The notes beneath the pieces were generated by a model. The model had not been told where the DNA came from, did no database searches, and was given only the letters and a program-made list of their open reading frames with translations. The position numbers were made by a program, and so were the translations under genes. 64,000 nt of DNA, taken from positions 301-64,300 of the forward strand of contig JAFBAP010000183.1 of assembly GCA_019247695.1 (NCBI GenBank). The letters are read 5' to 3'. How positions within the stretch are numbered: position 1 is the first letter of the stretch; each line of letters opens with the position of its first letter. The stretch is from Verrucomicrobiota bacterium. GTDB taxonomy: Bacteria > Verrucomicrobiota > Verrucomicrobiia > Chthoniobacterales > JAFAMB01. Shown in pieces: positions 8,957 to 17,757 of the stretch.

Positions 8957-10876
8957 ATGCCCTTCAAAAAATATTTATCCATTCCTTTCCTGCTCGCCCT
9001 GGCGCTGCTCCTGCCCAACAAAGCAGCTCTCGCCCAGAGCACAGGATCTTCAACCACGACCGTCCCGCCCGGAACCCCCGGACCGGTCGCGATCCAACTG
9101 AACCAATACGGCTTAACTTCCCTGCAGGTGGGTGGCCGGGAGTGGCTCGGCCGGCGCTCCGGCAACACGCTCGTCGGTGACTTTTTCGTCGCTACCTGGA
9201 GAGGCAATAATTCATCCTCCAATTATGAGAGCCGCCTCACGGCCCAGTTAAACGGAACCACCACCAGCCAGACTTACCCGTGGGGATCCGCAACCTGCAC
9301 CTACACCACAACGTACAATACGCTAAACTACGACATTTCGGTAACTAACACCGACCCGACGCCGTTCTCAAAACTCCAGCTGATCCTGGGTGACGTCATG
9401 TTTCCGAATGCGGTTACGCCGAAGGGCTGGGATGATACCGATCCACCCAACGCCGATAATTACAGCGCTCCCGCGGTGTTGATCGGTGATTACGGCACAG
9501 GCATCCTGGGCCTGGTCAACGACGACGTGAACACCCCGGAGGTGACGCAGTTCAGCTCGAAATACTGGGGCGGTTACCCGCTTCGGGTCACGACCGAAAA
9601 GCCCATCCCCTCGGGCGCAACCGTCACGTTTCATGTCAGCCTGCGGTGGGCTGCGGAAGGAAGCACCAAGCAGCAGATTGCGCCGGAACTCTGGGCCGCC
9701 TTCCAGGCAACTCGTGTCCAGGAGTTGAATTGGAAAGACCGGCGGCCCATCGGGTCGATTTTCCTGGCCACCGTTCAGCGCAACTACCCGACCAATCCGC
9801 GGGGCTGGTATAATGATCCGACGATTAACGTTTTCACGGCCGCCGGCCAGGCCAGCTTCAAGTCCCGCATCATGACAACGGCCGCGCAGGTCGTGGCAGA
9901 ACTCAAATCCATGAACGCGCAGGGTTGCATCGTCTGGGACCTTGAGGGCGAGCAGTACCCCCAGGGCCTGGTGACCTTCATCGGGGACCCGACCCTGCTG
10001 CCAACCTTTGCGCCGGAAATGGATCCGATCGCCGATGGCTTTTTCAGCACGATCAAGAACGCCGGCTTCCGTGTCGGCGTCTGCCTGCGCTGCCAGCACC
10101 TCGTGCCCTTCTCCCAGGGCGGCTACGTCCAGGAGGAATACCCCGATAATCAATCGATCTTTAACGCCCTGGATCAGCGCATCACCTACGCCCAGCAGCG
10201 CTGGGGCTGCACCCTCTTCTATATCGACACCAACGGTGGCGTAAATGGGGTTTACGACGTCAGCATCTTCCAGCAATTGCAGGAAAAACATCCCGACGTG
10301 CTGCTGATTCCTGAAGAGAAGTACGATGCGTACTTTGCTTACACCGCGCCCTACTATGAACTTCGTCCGATGGGCACCAGCGCGGGCACGAGCGGCACTC
10401 CGGCAAGCGCCGTGGCGATCACCCCAGGGGCCTTTTCGGTGATCAACGTCGTCGATGGTGATTACGTCAACCGGCGCAACGAACTGCTCGCGGCAGTAAC
10501 ACGCGGCGACATCCTCCTTTACCGCACGTGGTATGCCAGCCCGGAGTTCGCCGCCGTGAAGAGCATCTACCAGCAGGCCACGGCAAACGGCGGACCCGTG
10601 GCGCAGGGAGACGTTTTCTCGGTGCATGCGGGCCAGGATACGGTGCTCGATGTCCTTACAAACGACTTCGACCAGATTGTCGGGCGCACGCCCCTGCAAA
10701 TCATCAGCTACACCCAGCCGACGTCCGGTTCGGTCTACACCCAGAACGGGTCGCTTCACTACGTGGCGCCGCTCACACCACCCGCGAGCGGTTTGAACAG
10801 CTTCACCTTCAAGTATACCATTTCGGACAGTGTCAAGACCAGCACTGCGCCGGTAACGGTTAACGTGGGCCAGTAG
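8957..10876 (+). CDS. Secreted paralog of 6342..7967 with an extra C-terminal cadherin/Ig-like domain
   Basis: Signal peptide MPFKKYLSIPFLLALALLLPNKAALA-QS. Shared blocks YPWGS, DYGTG, YPTNPRGW, IVWDLEGEQYPQG, CTLFYIDT, VLLIPE and RGDILLYR. The tail VLDVLTNDFD...SFTFKYTISD is typical of cadherin-like/VCBS-type Ig repeats. Confidence 0.75.
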   Translation: MPFKKYLSIPFLLALALLLPNKAALAQSTGSSTTTVPPGTPGPVAIQLNQYGLTSLQVGGREWLGRRSGNTLVGDFFVATWRGNNSSSNYESRLTAQLNGTTTSQTYPWGSATCTYTTTYNTLNYDISVTNTDPTPFSKLQLILGDVMFPNAVTPKGWDDTDPPNADNYSAPAVLIGDYGTGILGLVNDDVNTPEVTQFSSKYWGGYPLRVTTEKPIPSGATVTFHVSLRWAAEGSTKQQIAPELWAAFQATRVQELNWKDRRPIGSIFLATVQRNYPTNPRGWYNDPTINVFTAAGQASFKSRIMTTAAQVVAELKSMNAQGCIVWDLEGEQYPQGLVTFIGDPTLLPTFAPEMDPIADGFFSTIKNAGFRVGVCLRCQHLVPFSQGGYVQEEYPDNQSIFNALDQRITYAQQRWGCTLFYIDTNGGVNGVYDVSIFQQLQEKHPDVLLIPEEKYDAYFAYTAPYYELRPMGTSAGTSGTPASAVAITPGAFSVINVVDGDYVNRRNELLAAVTRGDILLYRTWYASPEFAAVKSIYQQATANGGPVAQGDVFSVHAGQDTVLDVLTNDFDQIVGRTPLQIISYTQPTSGSVYTQNGSLHYVAPLTPPASGLNSFTFKYTISDSVKTSTAPVTVNVGQ

Positions 10877-10927
10877 CGGCGCCGGCACCGGGGCCTGACC
10901 CGTCACGTACTAACAACTAAAATGTCG

Positions 10928-10964
10928 AGGCCGGCGGTATTACCTACCGCCGGCCTTTTCTTTC
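10928..10964 (+). terminator. Rho-independent terminator after 8957..10876
   Basis: Perfect 10-bp stem AGGCCGGCGG / CCGCCGGCCT with a 9-nt loop, followed by TTTCTTTC. Confidence 0.8.
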
Positions 10965-10983
10965 TGGTACCGATCAGTCAGGG

Positions 10984-11169
10984 ATGAGGGTCCGCGAAGC
11001 AATCAAGCTCATCGAAAACGATGGATGGTTTCTGGTGCGAACACGCGGCAGTCACCGGCAGTACAAGCATCCTCAGAAGCCCGGCTTGGTCACGATCGCG
11101 GGCAAACCGGGTGATGAGCTTGCTCCTGGTACAACGAATAGTATCCTCAAACAGGCAGGATTAAAATGA
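10984..11169 (+). CDS. hicA: HicA-family mRNA interferase toxin
   Basis: 61 aa. Matches LIENDGWFLVRTRGSHRQYKHP...VTIAGKPGDELAPGTTNSILKQAGL, a typical HicA. ATGA overlap with the next gene. Confidence 0.9.
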   Translation: MRVREAIKLIENDGWFLVRTRGSHRQYKHPQKPGLVTIAGKPGDELAPGTTNSILKQAGLK

Positions 11170-11378
11170 ATCGGTATCTCGTCATCATCGAGCGGACCAG
11201 CAGCGGACTCTCGGCTTACTCGCCGGATTTGCCGGGCTGTGTGGCAACCGGAGCGACCAGGGAGGAGCTCGAACGGAAAATGCACGATGCGATCGAGTTT
11301 CACCTGGAAGGTTTGCGCCTCGAAGGTGAACCGGTTCCCTTGCCGCGGTCGGAGGCGACCTACTGCGAAGCAGGCTGA
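11166..11378 (+). CDS. hicB: HicB-family antitoxin (UPF0150-type N-domain only)
   Basis: 70 aa. YLVIIERTSSGLSAYSPDLPGCVATGATREELERKMHDAIEFHLEGL matches the HicB/UPF0150 fold signature. Confidence 0.85.
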   Translation: MNRYLVIIERTSSGLSAYSPDLPGCVATGATREELERKMHDAIEFHLEGLRLEGEPVPLPRSEATYCEAG

Positions 11379-11413
11379 GATTAACGGGAACCGCGGCAAG
11401 CTTTGCCTGGGAT

Positions 11414-12520
11414 TTACAGTCTTCCGCTCACCTCCTGCAGGACACGCCGCCACGCCTTCCAGGCTTGTTCGAAAGTCCAGCCGGGGCGCAGCGAAGGCTT
11501 CTCTCCCGGCGGCCATTGTTCGTACAGATTTTGAACATACCCGGCCAATGGACCGGCCGCGCCCGGCGGAAAGCACTCGCCGTAACCGCAAACGCGGATC
11601 TCACGGGCAATCGCGCCGTTTTCCGGTCCGATGAAGATTAACGGCCTCGGCAGACACATCAACAATCCCAACTTACTCGGCCAGAGCAGGCCTCGGGTGC
11701 AGGGTTTCTGGGTTACGAGCATCGCGTGCGCCTGAAGGAGAACGTCCGTCAGCCGGTCTTCGGGCGCGTACGGACGCCATTCCACCCGGGCCAGCTTGAG
11801 CTGCTCCGCCCGGCGCCGGGCCGGCTCCCAGGACGCACCGCCGCCCTGGAACGCAAGGGTGACCGGGCACCCGCGATCTTCCAGAATGCGTTGTGCGGCC
11901 ATCGCGGTCTCCCAGTCGTGCGCCTGGCCGAGATTGCCGGAGTACAGCCAGGTAAACCCATCCCTGGACGGATACGCCAGCCGGCCCGGACCGGTCCGGT
12001 CCAGGCCGTGCAGCAGCCATGGACGGATGATTTCAGTGTCGATCCCGTACCGGCGCTTGAGGTGGTCCCGCATGTCTGCATCCAGACAGATCGTTCGGGT
12101 GGTGGCCCGGTAGCACGAACCCGTCGCCGTATGCAGAATGCTCCGGATGGGTGCGGGCACCGCGCCACCCAGCGCCAGCGCCAGCTCCGGGTAGAGATCG
12201 AGCGCCCAGTGAACGGATTTAGCCCGCTTGAGCGCGCAGAGTGCCGTGGCGACCAGCAGGATCGCTGGCGGCGATGACGTCGAGATCACGACGTCAGCCC
12301 GCCCGGCCAGCAGGCCCCGGCACAGGAGACGGCTCAAGGCCTTGAGCTCCCGCCCCGCGCGCGAATACCGGCTCTTGGCGCGAACCCGGTAATCCTGGCC
12401 GGAATCGATCATTACCACCTGATGACCTTCGCCCCGCAGCGCCGCCGCCAGATCCCCCACCAGCTTCGCCGTCGGCGAAGGGTCGGGTGGTTTGTACTGG
12501 TTAAGAATAAAGACGCGCAT
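11414..12520 (-). CDS. Glycosyltransferase family 4 (WcaI-like)
   Basis: N-terminus MRVFILNQYKPPDPSPTAKLVGDLAAALRGEGHQV is typical of GT4/GT-B. 368 aa. Confidence 0.8.
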   Translation of the reverse strand: MRVFILNQYKPPDPSPTAKLVGDLAAALRGEGHQVVMIDSGQDYRVRAKSRYSRAGRELKALSRLLCRGLLAGRADVVISTSSPPAILLVATALCALKRAKSVHWALDLYPELALALGGAVPAPIRSILHTATGSCYRATTRTICLDADMRDHLKRRYGIDTEIIRPWLLHGLDRTGPGRLAYPSRDGFTWLYSGNLGQAHDWETAMAAQRILEDRGCPVTLAFQGGGASWEPARRRAEQLKLARVEWRPYAPEDRLTDVLLQAHAMLVTQKPCTRGLLWPSKLGLLMCLPRPLIFIGPENGAIAREIRVCGYGECFPPGAAGPLAGYVQNLYEQWPPGEKPSLRPGWTFEQAWKAWRRVLQEVSGRL

Positions 12521-13070
12521 CCGGCACCGCTTCCCTGATCTCCTTGACGACTTCAGCCGGATTGCCTCGAACCAGGCAGTAAGGCGGAACCGGCGCGGTC
12601 ACGATAGCACCGGCGGCAACGACCGCACCGGGCCCAACCGTGACGCCCGGTCCCACGAACGCGCCGGCCGCAATCCAACTCCCCGCCCGGATCTCGATCG
12701 GTTTGGTGACCAGGTCGAACGTTTCCCTGCGGTAGTCGTGGGAACCCGTGCATAAGTAGCACCGCTGCGAAAGGCAGACGTTCTCGTGCAGCGTCACCCT
12801 GGCCAGGCTGAGGATCCAGACCCCATCACCGATCCAGACATCGTCGCCCACCTCCAGCCGCCAGGGAAACGAGATTTTCACCTGCGACCGGACCACCACG
12901 CCCCGGCCGATCTTCGCACCGAAACACCTCAGCAGGGCAACCTTCAGGCCGGACGGAAAAGGCACCGGCGTCTCGAAAAAGGCGCACCGAACCAGCGCCC
13001 AGAGGGCTTCACGCCACCTCGGCATGCCGCGGTTGAATCCGGCGGTTGAAAACTTGCGCAGATTAATCAT
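12501..13070 (-). CDS. Hexapeptide-repeat O-acetyltransferase, WcaF-like
   Basis: 189 aa. N-terminal RWREALWALVRCAFFETPVPFPSGLKVALLRCFGAKIG plus a left-handed beta-helix region (IGDGVWI, AGAFVGPGVTVGPGAVVAAGAIV). Confidence 0.85.
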   Translation of the reverse strand: MINLRKFSTAGFNRGMPRWREALWALVRCAFFETPVPFPSGLKVALLRCFGAKIGRGVVVRSQVKISFPWRLEVGDDVWIGDGVWILSLARVTLHENVCLSQRCYLCTGSHDYRRETFDLVTKPIEIRAGSWIAAGAFVGPGVTVGPGAVVAAGAIVTAPVPPYCLVRGNPAEVVKEIREAVPDARLYS

Positions 13071-13358
13071 AGCGAAACGGCGCTTCGCCTCACCCGCGGT
13101 CGCGGCCCGCCCTGCCGCCGTCCCGGGCGCAGCGGAACCGGCGGGATTTGACCCCGAACGATTTTGCCTCTAAGCGTGTCACGCACAGGTCTTATATGTA
13201 TGGATCGAACAGTATGTCCAATTAATCATAATATTACGAACTTGAAGCCGCGCACGGCCGATCCTGGCGCTTGAAATGGCCGAACTGCTGGAAAAATCAA
13301 GCTTTGGGCAGGGTCGAACCCTGAGAATTATAAAACGTTCCAGACAACGCAACGGCGA
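13071..13358. promoter_or_regulatory. Divergent promoter region (acetyltransferase operon / exosortase operon)
   Basis: Intergenic region between divergent genes. Contains a locally AT-rich block (13190-13240, ...tatatgtatggatcgaacagtatgtccaattaatcataatattacg...). No specific -35/-10 assignment is made. Confidence 0.3.
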
Positions 13359-14930
13359 ATGCTGAATCACCTCGATCGAATCTTTGCGCGTAAACCCGGT
13401 CTCGCCGGTTGGCTGCTGGCGTTGGTCGCGGGCTACGCCTGGGTACTGCTCCTGTGGCACTTGTCCGCCTTCTGGCGAGTCCTGGAGGACTACGAGTACG
13501 GGTGGGCCGTCCCGGTCCTGGTCCTCGCCCTGCTGTGGCGGCGGCGGCACCTGCCGGCACCCGAACCGAAGACGTCGGTCACGGCGTTTGCCGGTGTTTT
13601 CCTGGGCACGCTGCTGCTGCTCCCGTTGCGGATAATCCTCGACGCAAACCTGGATTGGCGGCCCGCCGTCTGGGCTTTGGCTGCAGTCGTGATCACGGTG
13701 ACCCTGTGCGCGATCTATCTGGCGGGAGGCAAACCGTGGCTGGCAGCTTTGGCGTTCCCCGCCCTTTTTGTCCTTACCGGCGTTCCCTGGCTGGGCAGGT
13801 TGGAACTCCCCATCACTTCCGGTCTCATGCGGTTTGGAGCGTTTGTCGCGACGGAATTGTTGAACCTTATCGGCGTGGCCGCCTGCCAGCGCGGGAGCGT
13901 GGTCGAAACCGCGGCCGGCCTGATCGGGGTCGATGAGGCGTGCAGCGGGATTAAAAGCCTGCAAACCATGGTTGCCGTAGGGCTCTTTCTTTCCGATTTT
14001 ACCGCTTGGCGTGGGCCCAGGCGTTTCCTGATCGTGCTCATCGGTGCGGTGCTGGCGACGGCGGCGAACCTTGGCCGGTTGGTCCTGCTCGCCTGGGTGG
14101 GCAGCCAGGGAGGTTCCGGCGGTGTGGAACGGTGGCATGACCCGGCGGGCGCCGTGGCATTTGCCGCGGCGTGCCTCGCGCTGGTGGCCATCGTACGCAA
14201 GCTGCCCGCGGCGCCGCCCGCCCCGCCGCCGGCGGTGCATCCGAGGCCGGCGATAGCCGCTTCCCGCCCTTCGTGGGCGTTCCCCGGCCTGGTTCTTTGC
14301 GTCCTCTGGCTGGGCGGGGCCGAACTGGTGCGTCTTTACTGGTTTCAGCCCCGCCAAGTCTCGGCCGGGGCACGCTGGACGGCGGTCTGGCCGGAACCTT
14401 TCAACGGGGCAGGTTTAAAAGTGCTGCGCGTCTCGGACGCCGTCCGCAACCAATTGCAATGCGATACCGGAAAGGCGGTGCGCTGGTCCGACCGGCCCGG
14501 TACGGAATGGATCGGTTACTTTTTCGAATGGCGCCCCGGTTTGCACGCCTACTTCGCACGCTCGCAGCACTCCCCGGAAATCTGCCTGCCTGCGACCGGC
14601 CGGCGCCTGCACAAGGACCTGGGATTCTTCGACATCAAAGCGCCCGGGCACCTGATCCAGGTTCACCACCTCCTGTTTGAAGACGACTCGGGCCCGTTGA
14701 ACGTCTTCTTTATCGTGGACGGCTCGGCGGTCCGCGACAACGTCGAGCAGCGGCAGGCCGGTTCCGTCACCGGCCGGCTCCGCAGCGTCTGGGAACGGCA
14801 CAAAGAGGCTGATCGCCGGTCCCTGGAGTTAATCGCGGCCGGTTACCTGACCCCGCAGTCTGCTCGAGAGGAAGCGCAACGCTGGCTGACGCAGATCATC
14901 CGTCCGGAAAACGGGCCGGTGACCCTGTAA
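13359..14930 (+). CDS. Exosortase fused to a C-terminal EpsI-family domain
   Basis: Multi-TM N-terminal half with the ordered exosortase signature: Cys (DEACSGIKSL), Arg (ANLGRLVLL) and His (ERWHDPAG). The soluble C-terminal ~190 aa resemble EpsI (HSPEICLPATG). Confidence 0.85.
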   Translation: MLNHLDRIFARKPGLAGWLLALVAGYAWVLLLWHLSAFWRVLEDYEYGWAVPVLVLALLWRRRHLPAPEPKTSVTAFAGVFLGTLLLLPLRIILDANLDWRPAVWALAAVVITVTLCAIYLAGGKPWLAALAFPALFVLTGVPWLGRLELPITSGLMRFGAFVATELLNLIGVAACQRGSVVETAAGLIGVDEACSGIKSLQTMVAVGLFLSDFTAWRGPRRFLIVLIGAVLATAANLGRLVLLAWVGSQGGSGGVERWHDPAGAVAFAAACLALVAIVRKLPAAPPAPPPAVHPRPAIAASRPSWAFPGLVLCVLWLGGAELVRLYWFQPRQVSAGARWTAVWPEPFNGAGLKVLRVSDAVRNQLQCDTGKAVRWSDRPGTEWIGYFFEWRPGLHAYFARSQHSPEICLPATGRRLHKDLGFFDIKAPGHLIQVHHLLFEDDSGPLNVFFIVDGSAVRDNVEQRQAGSVTGRLRSVWERHKEADRRSLELIAAGYLTPQSAREEAQRWLTQIIRPENGPVTL

Positions 14931-15153
14931 ACGCCTGGCTCTGATCAGAAATTATCACTTTTCAGTTTATAGGGTAGCGAACTCTTGTGAATGGAGCCAT
15001 CCGTTAAAATTCTGACCTCGGCGGCACCGCCAACAATTCAAATCCATATGAAATTTTTAATTAATTTTGCATTAATGAGTGCTATTATCCGCACGGTTGA
15101 TAGCATTGGGGGTTGTAAAGTGGGTTCAGCACCCATATGAAAATCGGAAAAGC
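14931..15153 (+). promoter_or_regulatory. AT-rich leader/promoter region upstream of the PEP-CTERM gene
   Basis: The strongest AT-rich tract in the locus (aaatttttaattaattttgcattaatgagtgctattatcc), immediately 5' of 15154. The element assignment is tentative. Confidence 0.3.
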
Positions 15154-15936
15154 ATGAAAAAACTATGGATAATGTGCTTGGGCGCGGGATTGGGCTTGGC
15201 CAGTCTTACCGCTCAAGCCAGCATAACGCTCGATTGGAATGATCAACCGCAAGGTACGTTGAGCCGCACGAACCAGAATACTTATCAGGGTTCATTCACG
15301 GCCTCAGACGGCGGCGCCGTAGACGCCACCGTGCAGTTGTCGGGCAACGTCACGGCGTTTCGCTCCGGACCTACGCACTTACAGACGCCGGCGGTCACCA
15401 ACACCATCTTTGATGGAGGGTTGCCGTCCGGAAACTCAAACCTGGCCATCGTAGCGAATTTCAACAGGCCAGGCGTGAGTGCGACGCCGGGCACAGTAGA
15501 AGTCACGCTCGACTTTGCCGGGTACAAACAAGGGGTCAAAAATGTCACGTTTGATTTATTCGACGTGGATGCCCGTGACCGTGCCAATTTCGTGGACCAG
15601 ATCCAGTTTATCACTCCGGGCGTCGCCCTGACGGCCGGTGCGGACAACACGGTCACGGGCAGCACGGTCACCGGTACGGGTCCTTCACCGAATCACGGTC
15701 CGGACAGCGGTGCCGGTAACGTGCGCGTCGCGTACGGTTACCTGCCGCTGCATCAGATCGTGTTCGATTTTACCAGCCCGACGCCTAACAGGGCCCTGCA
15801 CGGGTTCGCCATCAGCAACCTCTCATTCGCGCCGGTGCCGGAGGCCAGCCAGCTTGCAATCGGCTTGGCGGCATGCGCGTTCGGGGCGCTTTGGCTCCGC
15901 AAGGCGGATCAGCGCAGGACGGCCGGTATTGCCTGA
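15154..15936 (+). CDS. PEP-CTERM-sorted secreted protein (putative exosortase substrate)
   Basis: ATG at 15154 gives signal peptide MKKLWIMCLGAGLGLASLTAQA. The C-terminus is PVPEASQLAIGLAACAFGALWLRKADQRR: a (V)PE(A) motif, a TM helix and a basic tail. Confidence 0.85.
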   Translation: MKKLWIMCLGAGLGLASLTAQASITLDWNDQPQGTLSRTNQNTYQGSFTASDGGAVDATVQLSGNVTAFRSGPTHLQTPAVTNTIFDGGLPSGNSNLAIVANFNRPGVSATPGTVEVTLDFAGYKQGVKNVTFDLFDVDARDRANFVDQIQFITPGVALTAGADNTVTGSTVTGTGPSPNHGPDSGAGNVRVAYGYLPLHQIVFDFTSPTPNRALHGFAISNLSFAPVPEASQLAIGLAACAFGALWLRKADQRRTAGIA

Positions 15937-15975
15937 TCTGAAAGGCACGGACTTTGACCAACCATTAGCCAGGTC

Positions 15976-16012
15976 TGCACCCTCGAAGGTGAGGCCCACT
16001 TTCGGGGGTGCA
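15976..16012 (+). terminator. Stem-loop after the PEP-CTERM gene (possible attenuator or weak terminator)
   Basis: 12-bp stem TGCACCCTCGAA / TTCGGGGGTGCA (one G-U pair) with a 12-nt loop. There is no clear U-tract. Confidence 0.35.
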
Positions 16013-16033
16013 CTGTCTTGAACGTTCGAAAAA

Positions 16034-17734
16034 ATGACTTGGCCTCAAGCGGCTGCACTCCTCTTTCTGAGCCTTACACCGGTTCACGGCGGTTTGCTGG
16101 ATCAGTTTCGCGTGTGGCAAAGCCAGCAATCCACGCGTACCGCGGCCCAGGCGCTTAAGGATAATAAGCTCGACGAGGCGACGGTCGCAGTCCGCCGGGC
16201 GATCCAACTCGATCCGAATAATGCCGAAGCCATCGATCTGATGGCGCAGCTCAGCGCGTTGGTGTCGCCGGAGGAAGCGGTGAAATGGCGCGAGCGGATG
16301 ACGAAGCTTGCGCCGCAATCTCCGGAGGCGTGGTTAAGCCTGGCCGAAGCCGCGATGAACGCCCGGCAATACCAAGCGGCCGGCAGCGCGCTCGACCGCG
16401 TGCCCGGGCCGGCCCGCTCCCTTCGCTTTTACCGTGATGCGGGTGTGCTGGCCCTGGCGATGAACAACCGGTCTGAGGCGGATGATTTTTTCCGGCGGGC
16501 CGCGGCCGCGCCGGGAGCAACCAATGCGGACCGTCTAAACCTCGACGCGCTCGACCTCTCCTCCGGCCAACCTGACCGCGTTTCGTCCGCCAAGGCCGGT
16601 CTTACGGCCCTGGCCACCGATCCGTCCGTCGCGGAAAAATGCCACCGCCTGCTGGCCACCTTCGAGATTTCGAACCACGATTTTACCGGGGCCGAGCCGC
16701 ATGTGGACTATTTGCTCCAGCTGCCGCAGGTCCGGTTTGAGGATGTGCTCATCGCGCTGGATCTGTTTCTGCAAACGGACCGAACCAGGTTCGACCAACT
16801 GCTGCATAACTGCGTCGTCCGCTTCCAGGACGAACCGTTGCCGGCTTCCGAGGTGGTGCGCTGGTTGAATGCAAAAAATCTGCCGGCCGAAGCTCACAGC
16901 GTCGTTTCCAAGGTGACCCCGCACGTGGCAAATGATCCGGGGTTCAAAGCGATCCTGGCGGACACCTTCGTGCGCCAGAAGGATTGGGCAGGTCTCCAGG
17001 AGTGGACCAAGGCCCCGGACTGGGGCACAAATGAATACCTGCGGGTTGCCTACAACCTTAAGGCGCGCCGTGAACTGGGCAACCTGGTGCTTTCAGAAGC
17101 GCTGAATGCGTGGCGCGAAAGCCTGGCCCGGGCCGGACAGCAGGCGGAATGCGTATCGGTCCTCTTCCACCTGGCCATGGAGTGGGGTTGGCAAACCGAG
17201 GCTGAAAGCGCGCTCTGGGCCGCGGCGGATGCTTCCTCCGATCGGCGTGAGGCGCTGGCGGCGCTCTGGCGCTGGTATGGCCGGAAGCAAAATACCCAGG
17301 GGCTGTTCCGCGTAGCCAACCGGCTTCTGGAGCTCGATTTCAACGATCGCGCCGTCAAGAACAATGTCGTGATGCTCGGTTCTCTCCTCGGCATCAAGAA
17401 CGGGTCATTCCTGGATTGGGCCCGGGACAACTGGGAGAATGACCGGGGCAACCACCCGCAGTTCGGCACCACGTACGCTTTCACGCTTTTTCAAAAAGGC
17501 GATCTCGACGACGCCGCCCGGGTGCTTGCACAAATCAACCCGGACGTCCTGAACAACCCGGATGACGCCTTGTACGCCGGCATCATCAAAGCTGCCCTGG
17601 GCCAGCAGGAAGACGCCAGGAAACTTTTGGAAGCGGCTTCACGGGGCGCGCTCTTGCCTGAAGAAAAAGATTTGTTGATGAAAAGCCGCTTATCTTTAGC
17701 GGCAGGAGCGCCTTTGCACTCCGGGCGACGGTAA
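16034..17734 (+). CDS. TPR-repeat protein with signal peptide
   Basis: 566 aa. N-terminal MTWPQAAALLFLSLTPVHG, and repeated TPR-like helices (AIQLDPNNAEAIDLMAQL, etc.). Confidence 0.75.
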   Translation: MTWPQAAALLFLSLTPVHGGLLDQFRVWQSQQSTRTAAQALKDNKLDEATVAVRRAIQLDPNNAEAIDLMAQLSALVSPEEAVKWRERMTKLAPQSPEAWLSLAEAAMNARQYQAAGSALDRVPGPARSLRFYRDAGVLALAMNNRSEADDFFRRAAAAPGATNADRLNLDALDLSSGQPDRVSSAKAGLTALATDPSVAEKCHRLLATFEISNHDFTGAEPHVDYLLQLPQVRFEDVLIALDLFLQTDRTRFDQLLHNCVVRFQDEPLPASEVVRWLNAKNLPAEAHSVVSKVTPHVANDPGFKAILADTFVRQKDWAGLQEWTKAPDWGTNEYLRVAYNLKARRELGNLVLSEALNAWRESLARAGQQAECVSVLFHLAMEWGWQTEAESALWAAADASSDRREALAALWRWYGRKQNTQGLFRVANRLLELDFNDRAVKNNVVMLGSLLGIKNGSFLDWARDNWENDRGNHPQFGTTYAFTLFQKGDLDDAARVLAQINPDVLNNPDDALYAGIIKAALGQQEDARKLLEAASRGALLPEEKDLLMKSRLSLAAGAPLHSGRR

Positions 17735-17757
17735 ACGGAGCGCTGCGGACGGCCGTT

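Noticed and set aside
13296-13320. tRNA-like T-arm strings: GGGCAGGGTCGAACCCTGAGA here, and GCGGGTCGAACCATCCC near 33563.
   Set aside because: They are isolated short hairpins. The first has a 5-nt loop rather than 7, and there are no matching acceptor, D or anticodon arms in the flanks. No tRNA gene can be supported.
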